Source of the DNA: an uncultured Candidatus Saccharibacteria bacterium
Lineage (GTDB): Bacteria; Patescibacteriota; Minisyncoccia; Phycocordibacterales; EsbW-18
Reading direction: 5' to 3'
Assembly: GCA_964447415.1 (NCBI GenBank)
Contig: CAYUSN010000003.1
Span: forward strand, 5,418 to 69,417
DNA length: 64,000 nt
Within the stretch, counting starts at the first letter, position 1; each line of letters opens with the position of its first letter. The notes below the pieces were generated by a model. The model was given only the letters and a program-made list of their open reading frames with translations, had not been told where the DNA came from and ran no database searches. Of the stretch, positions 46,154-57,051 are shown piece by piece. Made by a program: the position numbers and the translations under genes.

Positions 46154-46738
46154 TTAAATACCTTTCGGTATAAACCTAAACGACTTCACCATACCCGCAA
46201 AAACCGTCCGCTGCGGTGATTCGGTGTCCATGAATGCACCGCTCATAAGAACAATGCGTGTATCGTGAGCAACAATAACGTTGTCGCTTCGATATAATCC
46301 GTCCGCCTCAAACAGAACCGCAAATTCTCCGTCAACTTCTATCGGGTTGGGTTCCTGCGCTTGCGGAGGAATATACTGGATGATATCCGGTTTTTTCATC
46401 CACGCGTCAATACTGAGCCCTTCGGGATTGTTGAACACGAGAATAGTGATCGCCGGCGGTCCTTCCGTTCCCTCAAGCGTGCTTACTATGTCGTAGTCTT
46501 CCTGCGGCATAAGCACGAACGACTTCACCAAATCGCGGTGGTCCTGCGGCACCGGCAGTATTTCCTGCAACGCATAACCGGCCGGATATGAAAACGTTAT
46601 ACCGGCTTCCGCGTCAACTTTTGTAATATCCCGTGAGCCGAAATTTCGGACGCTGTCCGGCATACGATCCTCATAGACGGTCAGCAGCCACGCAACAGCG
46701 ACAAGAACGACAACAAGAGCAACTCTTTTTATAAGCAT
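46154..46738 (-). CDS. Hypothetical membrane-anchored protein (194 aa)
   Basis: N-terminal TM VALVVVLVAVAWLL. Confidence 0.45.
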   Translation of the reverse strand: MLIKRVALVVVLVAVAWLLTVYEDRMPDSVRNFGSRDITKVDAEAGITFSYPAGYALQEILPVPQDHRDLVKSFVLMPQEDYDIVSTLEGTEGPPAITILVFNNPEGLSIDAWMKKPDIIQYIPPQAQEPNPIEVDGEFAVLFEADGLYRSDNVIVAHDTRIVLMSGAFMDTESPQRTVFAGMVKSFRFIPKGI

Positions 46739-46747
46739 GATTCTTTT

Positions 46748-47224
46748 TTACTGGATGGCGAGTAACTCAACCTCAAATATAAGTGTTGCGTTCGGCGGAA
46801 TAACACCGCCCGCGCCGGCGGCGCCGTATCCGAGTTCCGGAGCAATGGTAAGCTTACGCTTCTCTCCGATTTTCATTCCGGCAACGCCCTGATCCCACCC
46901 CGCAATAACCTGTCCGACGCCGAGCGTAAAAGAAAACGGCTGACCGCGGTCAACGCTTGAATCAAACTTCGTTCCGTCCTCAAGCCATCCTGTGTAGTGA
47001 ACGGACACCGTGTCCCCCGCCTTCGCCTCGCCGCCGTTTCCGTTTGTAATAATTTCCGCTGTAAGACCGTTTGCAATCATAAATTTTGTTGGTGTGCCCG
47101 TCTCGGTTCCCGCGATCTGCTCCTCCGTGCCGTTTGTAGGAGCCTCCGCTTTCCTGCCCCAAGAGACAAGTGCGATAAGCACAATAATAAGTACAAGACC
47201 GATACCGACAGTTTTGATGCTCAT
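46748..47224 (-). CDS. FKBP-type peptidyl-prolyl cis-trans isomerase (membrane-anchored)
   Basis: [21 protein letters not shown]...[16 protein letters not shown]...LIFEVELL is the FKBP domain. Confidence 0.85.
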   Translation of the reverse strand: MSIKTVGIGLVLIIVLIALVSWGRKAEAPTNGTEEQIAGTETGTPTKFMIANGLTAEIITNGNGGEAKAGDTVSVHYTGWLEDGTKFDSSVDRGQPFSFTLGVGQVIAGWDQGVAGMKIGEKRKLTIAPELGYGAAGAGGVIPPNATLIFEVELLAIQ

Positions 47225-47228
47225 GTGT

Positions 47229-48383
47229 TTAGAGGTTAATTTCCGACTCAATTGCTCCCAGTCTAGCATATTTTGCCCAGCGTTCTTTCTGAACCGATGC
47301 CCCTATCTTTATGCCGTCTGCACCGACCGCGTACGCAAAATCCGCGATAAATGCGTCCTCCGTCTCTCCCGAGCGGTGTGACGCGATAATCTGCCAACCG
47401 TACTGCCGCGCACGCGCCGCCGCCGAAAGCGCCTCCGTCACCGTCCCGATTTGGTTCGGTTTAAGAATGACGCCCGTCACGCTTTTGTTGAGAAACGCCT
47501 GTTCCATACGGTCGGTGTTTGTCGTCGTCAGATCATCGCCGACGCACACAACGCCCGGCATCGCATTCTGCAGACGGGCGAACATTCCAAATGCCTCTTC
47601 TCCGTACGGGTCTTCTATATACACCAGTGGAAATTGCGAAACCATCGCGCCGAAAATTTTCGTCCGGTCGTCATCCGTATACGCGCTCTCTGTCGCCGCG
47701 ACGTCAATTGCAAACGCACACTCACCTGCTGTGACGTTTTGCAGAAATACAAGCGGTTCCATAGGGTCTTGCGCGGGAAGCGCGAACCCGCCTTCGTCTC
47801 CGAGCGCCACATCCGGATATTTTTGTCTGATGCTCTCGCCGAGTCTTTGGCGCACATCATCGACGTATGCAAGAGATTCTTTCATTGTGTTGTGCTGCGG
47901 TATGATCATGTACTCCTGAAAAATTTTCGTATTCCCCGTGTGCGCGCCTCCGTTAATAAGGTTGACGAACGGGCGCGGAAAGCGTGAGGCAAAAATTTCC
48001 ACACCGGAAATTGACCGCAGATATTTCCACAGCGGCACGCCTGTTTCAAGCGCGTACGCGCGGGCAACCGCAATAGAAACCGCAAGTGTTGTATTGGCGC
48101 CGAGCAGTTGTTTTTGTTCTCCGGCGGCAGCGCACAGCGCGTCATCGATAGCGCGCTGGTCCGCACTGTCCTTGCCGACAAGGAGCGGCACAACAACCTG
48201 CGACAGTTTCTGCAGCGCGACGGCAGCAGGAACGCTTACCGCCTCATGCGAACCGGTGCTTTTGCCGTTGGGGACTGAACTTTCAACTGTCACGCCTCCG
48301 TCAAGTGTTAGTGTGCACGCCAGCGTTTCTTCTCCCCGAGAGTTTTGTATCACCCGCCCTACGATGTCTCTGATGGCACTCAT
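47229..48383 (-). CDS. eno: Enolase (short form)
   Basis: N-terminal [17 protein letters not shown] and C-terminal [18 protein letters not shown] signatures. Confidence 0.8.
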   Translation of the reverse strand: MSAIRDIVGRVIQNSRGEETLACTLTLDGGVTVESSVPNGKSTGSHEAVSVPAAVALQKLSQVVVPLLVGKDSADQRAIDDALCAAAGEQKQLLGANTTLAVSIAVARAYALETGVPLWKYLRSISGVEIFASRFPRPFVNLINGGAHTGNTKIFQEYMIIPQHNTMKESLAYVDDVRQRLGESIRQKYPDVALGDEGGFALPAQDPMEPLVFLQNVTAGECAFAIDVAATESAYTDDDRTKIFGAMVSQFPLVYIEDPYGEEAFGMFARLQNAMPGVVCVGDDLTTTNTDRMEQAFLNKSVTGVILKPNQIGTVTEALSAAARARQYGWQIIASHRSGETEDAFIADFAYAVGADGIKIGASVQKERWAKYARLGAIESEINL

Positions 48384-48387
48384 ACGT

Positions 48388-49404
48388 CTACACAACGAGA
48401 TTTTTCGGCGTTCCGGAAATAAATCCTTCTATAGAATCAAGTGTTGATTCGAGTATACGTTCAACCGCTTCTTTCGTATTAAAGGCAATGTGCGGCGTTA
48501 TCACAACGTTAGGCATGTCCACCAGCACATGATTGGCAAGCACAGTTTTAAGATCATGTTCTTCGGGGTCTTTTGACAGCAAAAATTGCATTTCATCCTG
48601 CACAACCCCCTCTTCTTCAAGCACATCGAGTCCAGCACCGCCGAGATGCCCGCTTTGAAGCGCGGAAAGCAGCGCCTGTGTATCGACAACCGCGCCGCGA
48701 CTTGTGTTTATCAATACCGCTCCTTGTTTCATTTTTGAAAGCGCCGTTGCATCAATAAGGTGCCGTGACGTATCGCTGAACGACACGTGCAGTGTCACAA
48801 TGTCGCTTTGTGCCAGAAGATCGTCGAGGGAAACGTAGGAAAATCCCGCCTCCTGTGAGAGTGCTTCGTTCGGGGAAATGTCGTACGCGAGCACACGCAT
48901 ATCAAACCCGCGTGCGATTTTTGCAGCATGAAATCCGATTCGCCCCATGCCGACAATGCCGATGGTTTTTCCTTTTAGATCAAACCCTTGGAGCGCGTCC
49001 CAGTGAAAATTCCCCTGTTCGCGAATCTGGTCGTAGCCGGCGTAAATACGCTTGGAAAGCGAAAGCAGCAGGCCGAAGGCATGTTCCGCAACCGTGTTCT
49101 CTCCGTAAAACGGGACGTACGAAACGATAATGCCGCGTTTTTTTGCCTCCGCAATGTCAATGTGGTCAAATCCCGTCGAGCGGGTAGAAAGCAGTTTGAG
49201 GTTCGGCAACTGTACAAGGTGCGATGCGTGCACCGGAGAACCCACGAAAACCGACACGATTTCGGCATCCACTGCGCGGCTGATTGTTGCATCGTCTATT
49301 TTTTCCGCCACAAACTCCGTCTCCACGCCGATACCCCGCTCCGCAATACGACGTGACAAAAATGATTCGTGTTCGGGCGTACAGCCAAAGAAAACTGCTT
49401 TCAT
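48388..49404 (-). CDS. D-isomer-specific 2-hydroxyacid dehydrogenase (D-lactate / phosphoglycerate dehydrogenase family)
   Basis: NAD-binding GIVGMGRIGFHAAK plus catalytic R/E/H region. Confidence 0.8.
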   Translation of the reverse strand: MKAVFFGCTPEHESFLSRRIAERGIGVETEFVAEKIDDATISRAVDAEIVSVFVGSPVHASHLVQLPNLKLLSTRSTGFDHIDIAEAKKRGIIVSYVPFYGENTVAEHAFGLLLSLSKRIYAGYDQIREQGNFHWDALQGFDLKGKTIGIVGMGRIGFHAAKIARGFDMRVLAYDISPNEALSQEAGFSYVSLDDLLAQSDIVTLHVSFSDTSRHLIDATALSKMKQGAVLINTSRGAVVDTQALLSALQSGHLGGAGLDVLEEEGVVQDEMQFLLSKDPEEHDLKTVLANHVLVDMPNVVITPHIAFNTKEAVERILESTLDSIEGFISGTPKNLVV

Positions 49405-49405
49405 A

Positions 49406-51826
49406 TTATTTTTTTAACGACTGTTCCGTTTTATAAATTGACTCAATGGTTTTTATAACGACGTCAGGGTTCAGTGACATGCTCTGAATTCCCTCCCGCA
49501 CCAAAAACCTTGCAAACTCAGGTATATCCGACGGTCCCTGACCGCAGATACCGATATACTTTCCGCGCCGGTTGCATGCGTTGATTGCCGTAGAAATCAG
49601 GCTCTTTACCGCATCGTTGTTTTCGTTGCCGATGTACGACAATGCGCCCGCATCACGATCGAGACCGAGCGTCAGTTGTGTCAGATCATTTGAGCCGATG
49701 GACATTCCGTCAAACATATCCAAGAATTTGTCGGCAAGCAGAACATTTGAAGGGATTTCGCACATCATATATACGGGTACCGTTTTTTCCGAACGCTTGT
49801 ACCCTTGCAGCTGCGCATACTCCGTCACCAGCCCTTCTTTCGCCATTATGGTAAGTGTTTGTTCGGCTTCTTTCAGTGTACGGCAAAACGGAATCATAGG
49901 GATAACGTTATCAAAACCCATGTCGTCGCGAACACGCTTAATCGCCTGACACTCCAGCGCAAATGCGGGCGCAAACCGTGCATCGGAGTAGCGGGACGCG
50001 CCGCGCCATCCGATCATCGGATTTTCCTCGGCAGGTTCGTATGCATCCCCGCCCAACAGTGTGCGGTACTCGTTTGTTTTAAAATCGGAAAACCGCACAA
50101 TCACCGGTCGCGGGTGAAACGCGGCCGCAATCGTGGCAATGCCGAACGCGAGCCGGTCAACATAGAACGCGACTTTGTCCTCCCATCCTTTTGTTTTTGC
50201 GTCAATCTGTTTTTTCAGCGTTGTGGGTAGTTTTTTATAGTCCAGAAGCGCGGAGGGATGCACGCCGACTGACGCGATAATAAACTCCTCGCGCGCAAGT
50301 CCGACGCCGGTAACCGGCAACATGGACGCCTCAAATGCGTGATCGGGAGACGCGACGTTGACCATCACTTTTGTTTTCGGTTTCGGTAGGTGTGCGATGT
50401 TGTGCTTCGTCGTCTCAAAACGCAATATTCCTTTCATTACCAGACCCTGCGTTCCGGTCGTATCAACGGTCACTTCCATTCCTGTTTTGATTTTACTCGT
50501 CGCGTTTCCGGCGCCGACGATTGCGGGAATGCCCAGTTCACGTGACACAATCGCCGCGTGCGACGTTCTGCCGCCCTTGTCGGTGACGATAGCGGACGCG
50601 ATTTTCATAATCGGTTCCCAGTCCGGGTCGGTCATGTCAGTCACCAGCACCTCGCCTTTTTTAAACGTGTGTGCCTGTTTCGGCGACAAAATAACGTGTG
50701 CCGTTCCCGTTGCGACTCTGCTTCCGACCGACATTCCCTCGCACAACACCGGCCCGTTTTCTTTTCTCTCGTACTCAATAATGGTGCTGTAATCGCGAAG
50801 CGCGTGAATCGTCTCAGGGCGCGCCTGCACAATGTAGAGTTTCCCGTCACGGCCGTCCTGCGCCCACTCCATGTCCATCGGCGTCCACTTCCCCGCCTTG
50901 GCAGAGTAGTGCTCTTCAATCGTAATCGCCCACTGCGCAAGCGTTCTGATGTCACGGTCGGAAAGCACCCACGTATCGCGCTCTTTCGGTTTGGTCGGCA
51001 CCACTTTCGTCGGTTTTGTGCTGCTACCGTAAATCATTTTCGTCATTTTACTGCCGAGTGTTTTTGAAACGATAGGAAGTTTTCCTTTTGCGAGCGGCTG
51101 TTTAAATACAACATACTCATCGGGCGTCACCTTTCCCTGCACCACCATTTCTCCTAAGCCCCACGCCGCGTTGATAATGGTCACATTCTTAAAACCGGTT
51201 TCCGTGTCGATAGAAAACATGACTCCTGAGGCGCCGACATCCGAGCGCACCATTTTCTGAACACCGACGGACAAGGCGATGGTTTCCTGCCGGAATCCCT
51301 TGTCCACACGGTATGAAATCGCACGGTCGGTAAACAGCGACGCCATTGCTTTTTGCGTCGCAACGATAACCGCCTTGGCACCGCGAATGCCGAGATAGGT
51401 TTCGTGTTCTCCGGCAAATGACGCGCCGGGGAGGTCTTCTGCGGTTGCCGACGAGCGCACTGCAACATCGACATTTTTCCCGTACTCTTGCTCCATAAGA
51501 CGGTACGCTTCGGCAATTTCTTTCGCGAGCATTTCCGGCATCTGTACCTTAACGATGGCGGTGCGTATTTTTTTCCCGCGAACCGAAAGATCGCGAATAT
51601 TATGTGTATCAAGACCGGCAAGCGTTTGAACAACAAAAGCATCCATACCGGTTTCTTTCATAAAATACCGGTACGCGTCCGCGGTAATGACAAATCCTCC
51701 GGGGACCGAGACCCCTTTTGCGGATAACTCCTGAATCATTTCTCCTAAACTTGCATTCTTTCCCCCGACACGGGAAACATCTTTCATGGAGACATTCTGC
51801 ATCTGCAGGATAAACGGTGTGGTCAT
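49406..51826 (-). CDS. ppsA: Phosphoenolpyruvate synthase (pyruvate, water dikinase)
   Basis: N-terminal VGGKNASLGEM, phospho-histidine region GGRTSHAAIVSRELGIPAIVG and C-terminal PEP-utilising TIM barrel. Confidence 0.88.
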   Translation of the reverse strand: MTTPFILQMQNVSMKDVSRVGGKNASLGEMIQELSAKGVSVPGGFVITADAYRYFMKETGMDAFVVQTLAGLDTHNIRDLSVRGKKIRTAIVKVQMPEMLAKEIAEAYRLMEQEYGKNVDVAVRSSATAEDLPGASFAGEHETYLGIRGAKAVIVATQKAMASLFTDRAISYRVDKGFRQETIALSVGVQKMVRSDVGASGVMFSIDTETGFKNVTIINAAWGLGEMVVQGKVTPDEYVVFKQPLAKGKLPIVSKTLGSKMTKMIYGSSTKPTKVVPTKPKERDTWVLSDRDIRTLAQWAITIEEHYSAKAGKWTPMDMEWAQDGRDGKLYIVQARPETIHALRDYSTIIEYERKENGPVLCEGMSVGSRVATGTAHVILSPKQAHTFKKGEVLVTDMTDPDWEPIMKIASAIVTDKGGRTSHAAIVSRELGIPAIVGAGNATSKIKTGMEVTVDTTGTQGLVMKGILRFETTKHNIAHLPKPKTKVMVNVASPDHAFEASMLPVTGVGLAREEFIIASVGVHPSALLDYKKLPTTLKKQIDAKTKGWEDKVAFYVDRLAFGIATIAAAFHPRPVIVRFSDFKTNEYRTLLGGDAYEPAEENPMIGWRGASRYSDARFAPAFALECQAIKRVRDDMGFDNVIPMIPFCRTLKEAEQTLTIMAKEGLVTEYAQLQGYKRSEKTVPVYMMCEIPSNVLLADKFLDMFDGMSIGSNDLTQLTLGLDRDAGALSYIGNENNDAVKSLISTAINACNRRGKYIGICGQGPSDIPEFARFLVREGIQSMSLNPDVVIKTIESIYKTEQSLKK

Positions 51827-51832
51827 ACGGTC

Positions 51833-53110
51833 TTATTTTAACGCAATAATGAGATCAGATACATTCGAGCCGGTATCGCCGGTGATAATGTGTCCGTCGG
51901 TCGCCTTAAAAAACGCATACGAGTCATGTCGGGTAAGAAAGTCCTCCGGGGACATACCCTGCCCTTTTGCGCGCTCCGCAATATCGGTATCACACACTGC
52001 TCCCGCCGCATCAGTGTTGTCCCGTCCGTCGCTTGCGCACGCAATCAGTAATTCCCCGTTTTTGATTTCGGAAAGTCCCGCAAGCGCAACTTCCTGATTT
52101 CGTCCGCCGACGCCGTGCGCAGCACCGGAAGCAACGGTCGTTTCACCACCGAACAGAAGCGCGGTTTTTTCAGGTTCATTGTGCAGTCGGGATACGGTAT
52201 CGCGCGAAACTTCCTGCGCTTCTCCAGAGAGCGTGGCGGTCACCGTCGTTGCTGTATAGCCGAGCCCGGTCGCTTTTTGTTTCATCGCGTCAAGCGCCAC
52301 CGTATTTGAAACCACCACGGTATTGAACACTTTTTCAAAAAACTTTTCTTCTTTCGGTGTTTCAAAAAGAAATTGTGTTGTATCGGAGAGATTGTATTTT
52401 GAAAGAATCTGTTCGGCGTCGGCAACTGTTGTTGCATCAAGCACCGTCGGACCCGACGAAATAAACGCAATGTCATCTCCGGGAACATCGGAAAATATAA
52501 GCGACACCACCGTTGCCGGATACGCATGTTTGGCGATACCGCCCCCGCGCGCCTTCGACAGGTGCTTGCGAACGATGTTTGTTTCCTGAATAGTTGCTCC
52601 GGCGCGCATCAATGACGACACGATATGCGCCTCGTCTGCAACCGTCGTTCCCTCGCCCGGCTGACACAGCAGTGCGGAACCGCCTCCGGACACAAGAACA
52701 ATAACCAAGTCTGTTTCAGTAGAGTCATTGAGGAATGAAAGGAGGTGCGCAGTTGCCGTGATGTTTCGTTCTTCTGACAACGGGTGCGAGCCGACAAACA
52801 ATTTAATTTGTTTCGGCATTTCATGTTCGTGCACGTCAATAACCACACCGTCGGATAACCGGTCTCCGAGTACTTCTGCAAGCGCACACGCCGCATCTGC
52901 AGAGCACTTTCCCGCCCCAACAACACGAATACGGGAAAACACAGACGCATCGTATACGGTGCCAGCAATACTAATCTGTGATCCGGACAACGAAACCGCC
53001 CTTCGGACAGCCGAATAGGTGTCTATCGCCTCAAGACCGGCATCAAGGATGGAGAGTCCGTCGATTCGTTTTTGCGTCGTTGCTATCTCTGAAAAATTCT
53101 TAATTTTCAT
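51833..53110 (-). CDS. Glycerate 2-kinase (MOFRL family)
   Basis: VVGAGKCSADAA and LVSGGGSALL motifs plus a MOFRL C-terminal domain. Confidence 0.7.
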   Translation of the reverse strand: MKIKNFSEIATTQKRIDGLSILDAGLEAIDTYSAVRRAVSLSGSQISIAGTVYDASVFSRIRVVGAGKCSADAACALAEVLGDRLSDGVVIDVHEHEMPKQIKLFVGSHPLSEERNITATAHLLSFLNDSTETDLVIVLVSGGGSALLCQPGEGTTVADEAHIVSSLMRAGATIQETNIVRKHLSKARGGGIAKHAYPATVVSLIFSDVPGDDIAFISSGPTVLDATTVADAEQILSKYNLSDTTQFLFETPKEEKFFEKVFNTVVVSNTVALDAMKQKATGLGYTATTVTATLSGEAQEVSRDTVSRLHNEPEKTALLFGGETTVASGAAHGVGGRNQEVALAGLSEIKNGELLIACASDGRDNTDAAGAVCDTDIAERAKGQGMSPEDFLTRHDSYAFFKATDGHIITGDTGSNVSDLIIALK

Positions 53111-53217
53111 AGGATATGAACACATCTATTGTAACAGACCGGAAGACGGTATGCTTCGCGGAATACCGGCCCAAATGAAAGAGTTTTTCGTCAGAACTTG
53201 ATACACTACAGGCATCT

Positions 53218-53835
53218 ATGCGACGCTTCCCCGCACGTGACGTACAGGAATTTCGTGTTTTCAAAAAACTGGACACACCTGAAAAAATACAGGATTTTCT
53301 GAATTCTCTTCCGTTTAATTTTGAAAAAGGCGGCGACACCATGCGTTCTCCCCTTGAAACACTCAGGTATTCAAAGGCGCACTGTTTTGAGGGCGCGCTT
53401 CTCGCCGCGGCGGCACTGTGGTATCACGGAGAAAAACCACTCCTGCTTGATTTGGAAACCACACTGAAAGACCAGTCGCACGTGGTGGCGTTGTTTCGAC
53501 GCGACGGTTTATGGGGTGCGGTTTCAAAAACGAATCATGCGGTACTCCGCTACCGTGATCCGGTGTACAAAACCGTCCGTGAACTCGCAGTGTCGTATTT
53601 CAATGAATATTTTCTCGACTCCGGTGTAAAAACGCTTCGCACGTACTCACGACCGTTTTCTCTTCTTGGTCTCGGAGACGACTGGCTTACCACAAACAAA
53701 CCGCTTTGGTCCATTGAAAAAAAACTCATCGCGTCTGCGCATACACCGATTGCACCGACGCGTACGCTTAAAAACCTTCGCCGCGTAGACGCGGCTGAAA
53801 TCGCCGCCGGAAAAATAATCGAGTGGAAAAAATAA
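53218..53835 (+). CDS. Hypothetical protein (205 aa)
   Basis: No clear family; conserved-looking Cys in KAHCFEGALLAAAAL. Confidence 0.45.
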   Translation: MRRFPARDVQEFRVFKKLDTPEKIQDFLNSLPFNFEKGGDTMRSPLETLRYSKAHCFEGALLAAAALWYHGEKPLLLDLETTLKDQSHVVALFRRDGLWGAVSKTNHAVLRYRDPVYKTVRELAVSYFNEYFLDSGVKTLRTYSRPFSLLGLGDDWLTTNKPLWSIEKKLIASAHTPIAPTRTLKNLRRVDAAEIAAGKIIEWKK

Positions 53836-54228
53836 CTACTCGGTCGTGACACCGTCGAAATGTTCTTCAACCGCATCCGTTTTTGTCGGATGTACCGTAC
53901 CGTCTTTGTGTTCGGCCGGCGAATATATCGTATAGAGTTTCAAATCATCCGTTCCTGAGGTATTTATGACGTTGTGTTGCGCCCCTGCGGGAATGACCAC
54001 CGCGCTGCCGTCGTGCACTTCGTGCTCTGCGCCGTCAATCACCACTTTTCCTTCACCTTTTTCAAAACGGAAAAATTGGTCAACGTCCTCGTGCACTTCC
54101 GAACCGATATCTTCACCCGGTGCAAGACTCATGAGCACAAGCTGGCTGTGCTTGCCCGTGTACACCACGCGGCGAAAATCAATGTTTGTAATCGTCGCCT
54201 CTTCTATATTGTGTATGTATCCTTTCAT
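53836..54228 (-). CDS. Cupin domain protein
   Basis: GEDIGSEVHEDVDQFFRFEKGEGKVVIDG...VVIPAGAQHNV is a two-motif cupin signature. Confidence 0.7.
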   Translation of the reverse strand: MKGYIHNIEEATITNIDFRRVVYTGKHSQLVLMSLAPGEDIGSEVHEDVDQFFRFEKGEGKVVIDGAEHEVHDGSAVVIPAGAQHNVINTSGTDDLKLYTIYSPAEHKDGTVHPTKTDAVEEHFDGVTTE

Positions 54229-54319
54229 GTTGTTTTTTTACTGTTATGTATATGCTGACGTACTACTATAAAAAACATGACGGGGCTGCGCCATTGCGAT
54301 ATACACCCCTGCTGGTTCT

Positions 54320-55570
54320 CTACTCAATAAACGTAAGTGCCGTACCGCTTTTGTTGCTGCGGCCGGTGCGTCCGATTCGGTGAATATAGTCGTTATAGGT
54401 CTGCGGCAGGTCGTAGTTGATAACGTGCGTAATGTCGCTGATATCAAGACCGCGTGCCGCAACATCGGTTGCGACAAGCACCTGCACGTTGTTTTCCTTA
54501 AACGACTTCAGTGCCCGCTGGCGTCGTGAGTGGTTTTTGTCGCCGTGAATTGAATCCGCCTTAAACCCGCGTTCAATCAGTTTTCGGGACAGTTTTTCAA
54601 CGCCGTGTTTGGTGCGCCCGAAAATAAGCACCTTGCTGAATTCTTTTTTGTTGAGAAGGTCGTGCAGCACATCAAGTTTATCGGCACCGGGTGCAACCCG
54701 CACGATGTCCTGGTCTACATTCTGTGCAGTATCCTGCGTTTTAACCGAAATAGAGACGGGATCAACAAGAAAATCTTTGATGAGTTTTTGAATATCCGGT
54801 GAAAGTGTCGCCGAGAAAAAGAGCGTGTGTCGCGGCGTCGGCATTTTCCCCATAATTGCGCGCATGTCGCCGATAAATCCCATATCAAGCATTCGGTCGG
54901 CCTCGTCAAGCACGACATTGCCGAACTCTTCAGGACGGATATTTCCGCGCGCAATGAGGTCTTTGAGGCGCCCCGGCGTGCCGATAATCACGCTGTGCTG
55001 CCGGCGCAAGTCCGCAATCTGCTTGCCGATGCTCATGCCGCCGACGCAGCATACGGAGAACAGGCGGATGCCTTTTGTAAATTCCTTAAACTCCTGATCA
55101 ATCTGAATGGCGAGTTCCCTTGTCGGCACCATGATAAGCGCCTTCTCGCGCGGCGCCTGCAGAATTTTATCGATGAGCGGAATAAGAAACGCCGCGGTTT
55201 TTCCCGTTCCGGTGTTGGCGATACCAACCACATCTTCTCCGTTGAGAATGTGCGGAATGGTTCGGTCCTGAATCGGCGTCGGCAACAGATACCCTTTGGC
55301 GATAATCGCCTTTTTGAGCTCCGGTGCAATTTCAAAATCATCAAAGCGATGCTCGGGCATAAAATGTTCCGTCTTCTCCGTAATCACCGCTTTGCTGATG
55401 AAACGCGCGACATCAATCCGCTCGCCTCCTCCACGGCCGCGGTTTCCCTGCGGTCGGGACCCGCGAAACGGCGCGCGCTGAAAACGGCCCGCTGTGCGTA
55501 TTCCTGAAAATCGTTTGGGGTGCGCGTGCCGTCGTTGGCCGCCCTGCCCGCTGTGTGCGTGTGTATGCAT
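54320..55570 (-). CDS. DEAD-box ATP-dependent RNA helicase
   Basis: Q-motif, AQTGTGKT-like GTGKTAAF, PTRELA, DEAD (VLDEADRM), SAT and HRIGRTGR motifs. The N-terminal R/G-rich 70 aa may be real or a 5' over-extension (alternative start MPEHRFDDF at 55360). Confidence 0.8.
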   Translation of the reverse strand: MHTHAHSGQGGQRRHAHPKRFSGIRTAGRFQRAPFRGSRPQGNRGRGGGERIDVARFISKAVITEKTEHFMPEHRFDDFEIAPELKKAIIAKGYLLPTPIQDRTIPHILNGEDVVGIANTGTGKTAAFLIPLIDKILQAPREKALIMVPTRELAIQIDQEFKEFTKGIRLFSVCCVGGMSIGKQIADLRRQHSVIIGTPGRLKDLIARGNIRPEEFGNVVLDEADRMLDMGFIGDMRAIMGKMPTPRHTLFFSATLSPDIQKLIKDFLVDPVSISVKTQDTAQNVDQDIVRVAPGADKLDVLHDLLNKKEFSKVLIFGRTKHGVEKLSRKLIERGFKADSIHGDKNHSRRQRALKSFKENNVQVLVATDVAARGLDISDITHVINYDLPQTYNDYIHRIGRTGRSNKSGTALTFIE

Positions 55571-55749
55571 AAAGAATGACGAAAACTAGTGTCCCGTCAG
55601 TCTTGTATGAGGCCTAAAAAAGTAATGATGCCTCGCATGTACGAACGTATGCCGTACAAAAAACTAATGAGAGTAGTACCGTGCTCTGAGTATATCCTAT
55701 ATCGGTGTGTTTGTCAAACGCTGTAGTAATACCGCTCTCGTTCAAACAT

Positions 55750-55781
55750 AAAAAACACCCCGCCGAGGCGGGGTGTTTTTT
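55750..55781. terminator. Rho-independent terminator
   Basis: AAAAAACACCCCGCC-gagg-CGGGGTGTTTTTT. Confidence 0.75.
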
Positions 55782-55788
55782 GAAATTA

Positions 55789-55977
55789 TTATTTCTTGAG
55801 CTTCATCGCGTCGTCTTTTGAAAGAAACTTGAACATGTTGCCTCCGCACTTTGCACACTTTCCTTTTGCTGACCATCGGTTGTTTTTTTCCGTTACGACC
55901 GGGTTGAGCATCTGCTGCATCGTCGGCTTGTTATTTTTGTCTCTGCATTTCATGCAGAGCGCCATAAGTTCCGCCAT
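55789..55977 (-). CDS. Small zinc-ribbon protein (62 aa)
   Basis: CxxC...CxxC pattern (CMKCRDK ... CAKCGGNM); good terminator downstream. Confidence 0.45.
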   Translation of the reverse strand: MAELMALCMKCRDKNNKPTMQQMLNPVVTEKNNRWSAKGKCAKCGGNMFKFLSKDDAMKLKK

Positions 55978-56045
55978 ATAAAATAGTTAATGTATAAACT
56001 ACTTGAAATAGTGCCACAGAGACGCCCCGCTATCAATACTTCTGT

Positions 56046-56627
56046 TTATTGGGAATTGAAGTCCTTTTTTACGGCTTCAATAAAGCGTTTTCCGAAGCCC
56101 GACACCCACGCCCCGACAACAAGCACCGCAAGGAAAAACAATGATACAAAAATGAGTCCTTTTTGAAACGACATGCCGCCGAGATAGTACACAAGAAACA
56201 TAAACGGCAACGTTCCGATGAACGTCGAGAGCACGTAGTGCGACACGCGCATTTTGGTGAGCCCCGCCGCGTATGACACGTAGTCGAAATACGACGTGAC
56301 GGTAAACCGCAGCAGCACGAGCACCCAGAATTTTTGTTTTTCCGAATAGGAGTCTTCCCATTCATGTACAAGACGCAGCGATGCAAGGCGCCGCACTGCG
56401 GGTTCGCGGAAATATCGTCCGATATAAAACGCCGCAAGCGCACCGAGGTTTACCCCGATGACACCGAGCACAAAACCGAATTGCCAGCCGAACACCGCGA
56501 TGCCGAGCACATCAAGCAACAGTCCCGGAATCGGCGCAATAACAATAGGTACCGTGCGCAAAAGTACAAAAATAACCGGTGCAACAACCGGGTAGTGAGA
56601 CAAAAATCCTTGCAGTACGTCAATCAT
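56046..56627 (-). CDS. DedA/TVP38 (SNARE-associated) family membrane protein
   Basis: Hydrophobic profile plus the G(x)nF/YxxR-like IGRYFR region typical of DedA. Confidence 0.65.
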   Translation of the reverse strand: MIDVLQGFLSHYPVVAPVIFVLLRTVPIVIAPIPGLLLDVLGIAVFGWQFGFVLGVIGVNLGALAAFYIGRYFREPAVRRLASLRLVHEWEDSYSEKQKFWVLVLLRFTVTSYFDYVSYAAGLTKMRVSHYVLSTFIGTLPFMFLVYYLGGMSFQKGLIFVSLFFLAVLVVGAWVSGFGKRFIEAVKKDFNSQ

Positions 56628-57037
56628 TACGAAGAAGTTCGGCCAAGCTGTTCACGGATCTTTTCAATAAGACCGTCGACAGATGTATCTGTTTTTTCAA
56701 AATAGTATGTCGGTGCAAACTCTGCCAGGCTCTTCATGGCTTCGTTGTCGGGACTCGAGACATTCGTCAGGATAAATACCGGTACGGTACTTCCCCATTC
56801 GCCCGACATGCGGAGTTTTCTGAGCATCTCAACACCGTCCATAACCGGCATGATAATATCCAGCAAGATAACATCGGGATGTTTTGCGAGCGCGTCTTCA
56901 AGACCGACGGCGCCGTCTTGCGCACGGATAACGCCGAATCCTTCTTTAATGAGCTTCTCGGTCAAAATACGCTGATAGGTCGGTTCATCCTCAACAACTT
57001 CAACCACAAGCACCGTTTTTTGTTTTGTTTCTTCCAC
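56627..57037 (-). CDS. Single-domain response regulator (CheY-like receiver)
   Basis: VLVVEVVEDEP...ILLDIIMPVMDG...K receiver motifs; 136 aa. Confidence 0.8.
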   Translation of the reverse strand: MEETKQKTVLVVEVVEDEPTYQRILTEKLIKEGFGVIRAQDGAVGLEDALAKHPDVILLDIIMPVMDGVEMLRKLRMSGEWGSTVPVFILTNVSSPDNEAMKSLAEFAPTYYFEKTDTSVDGLIEKIREQLGRTSS

Positions 57038-57051
57038 AGGAGTGCCGGTGG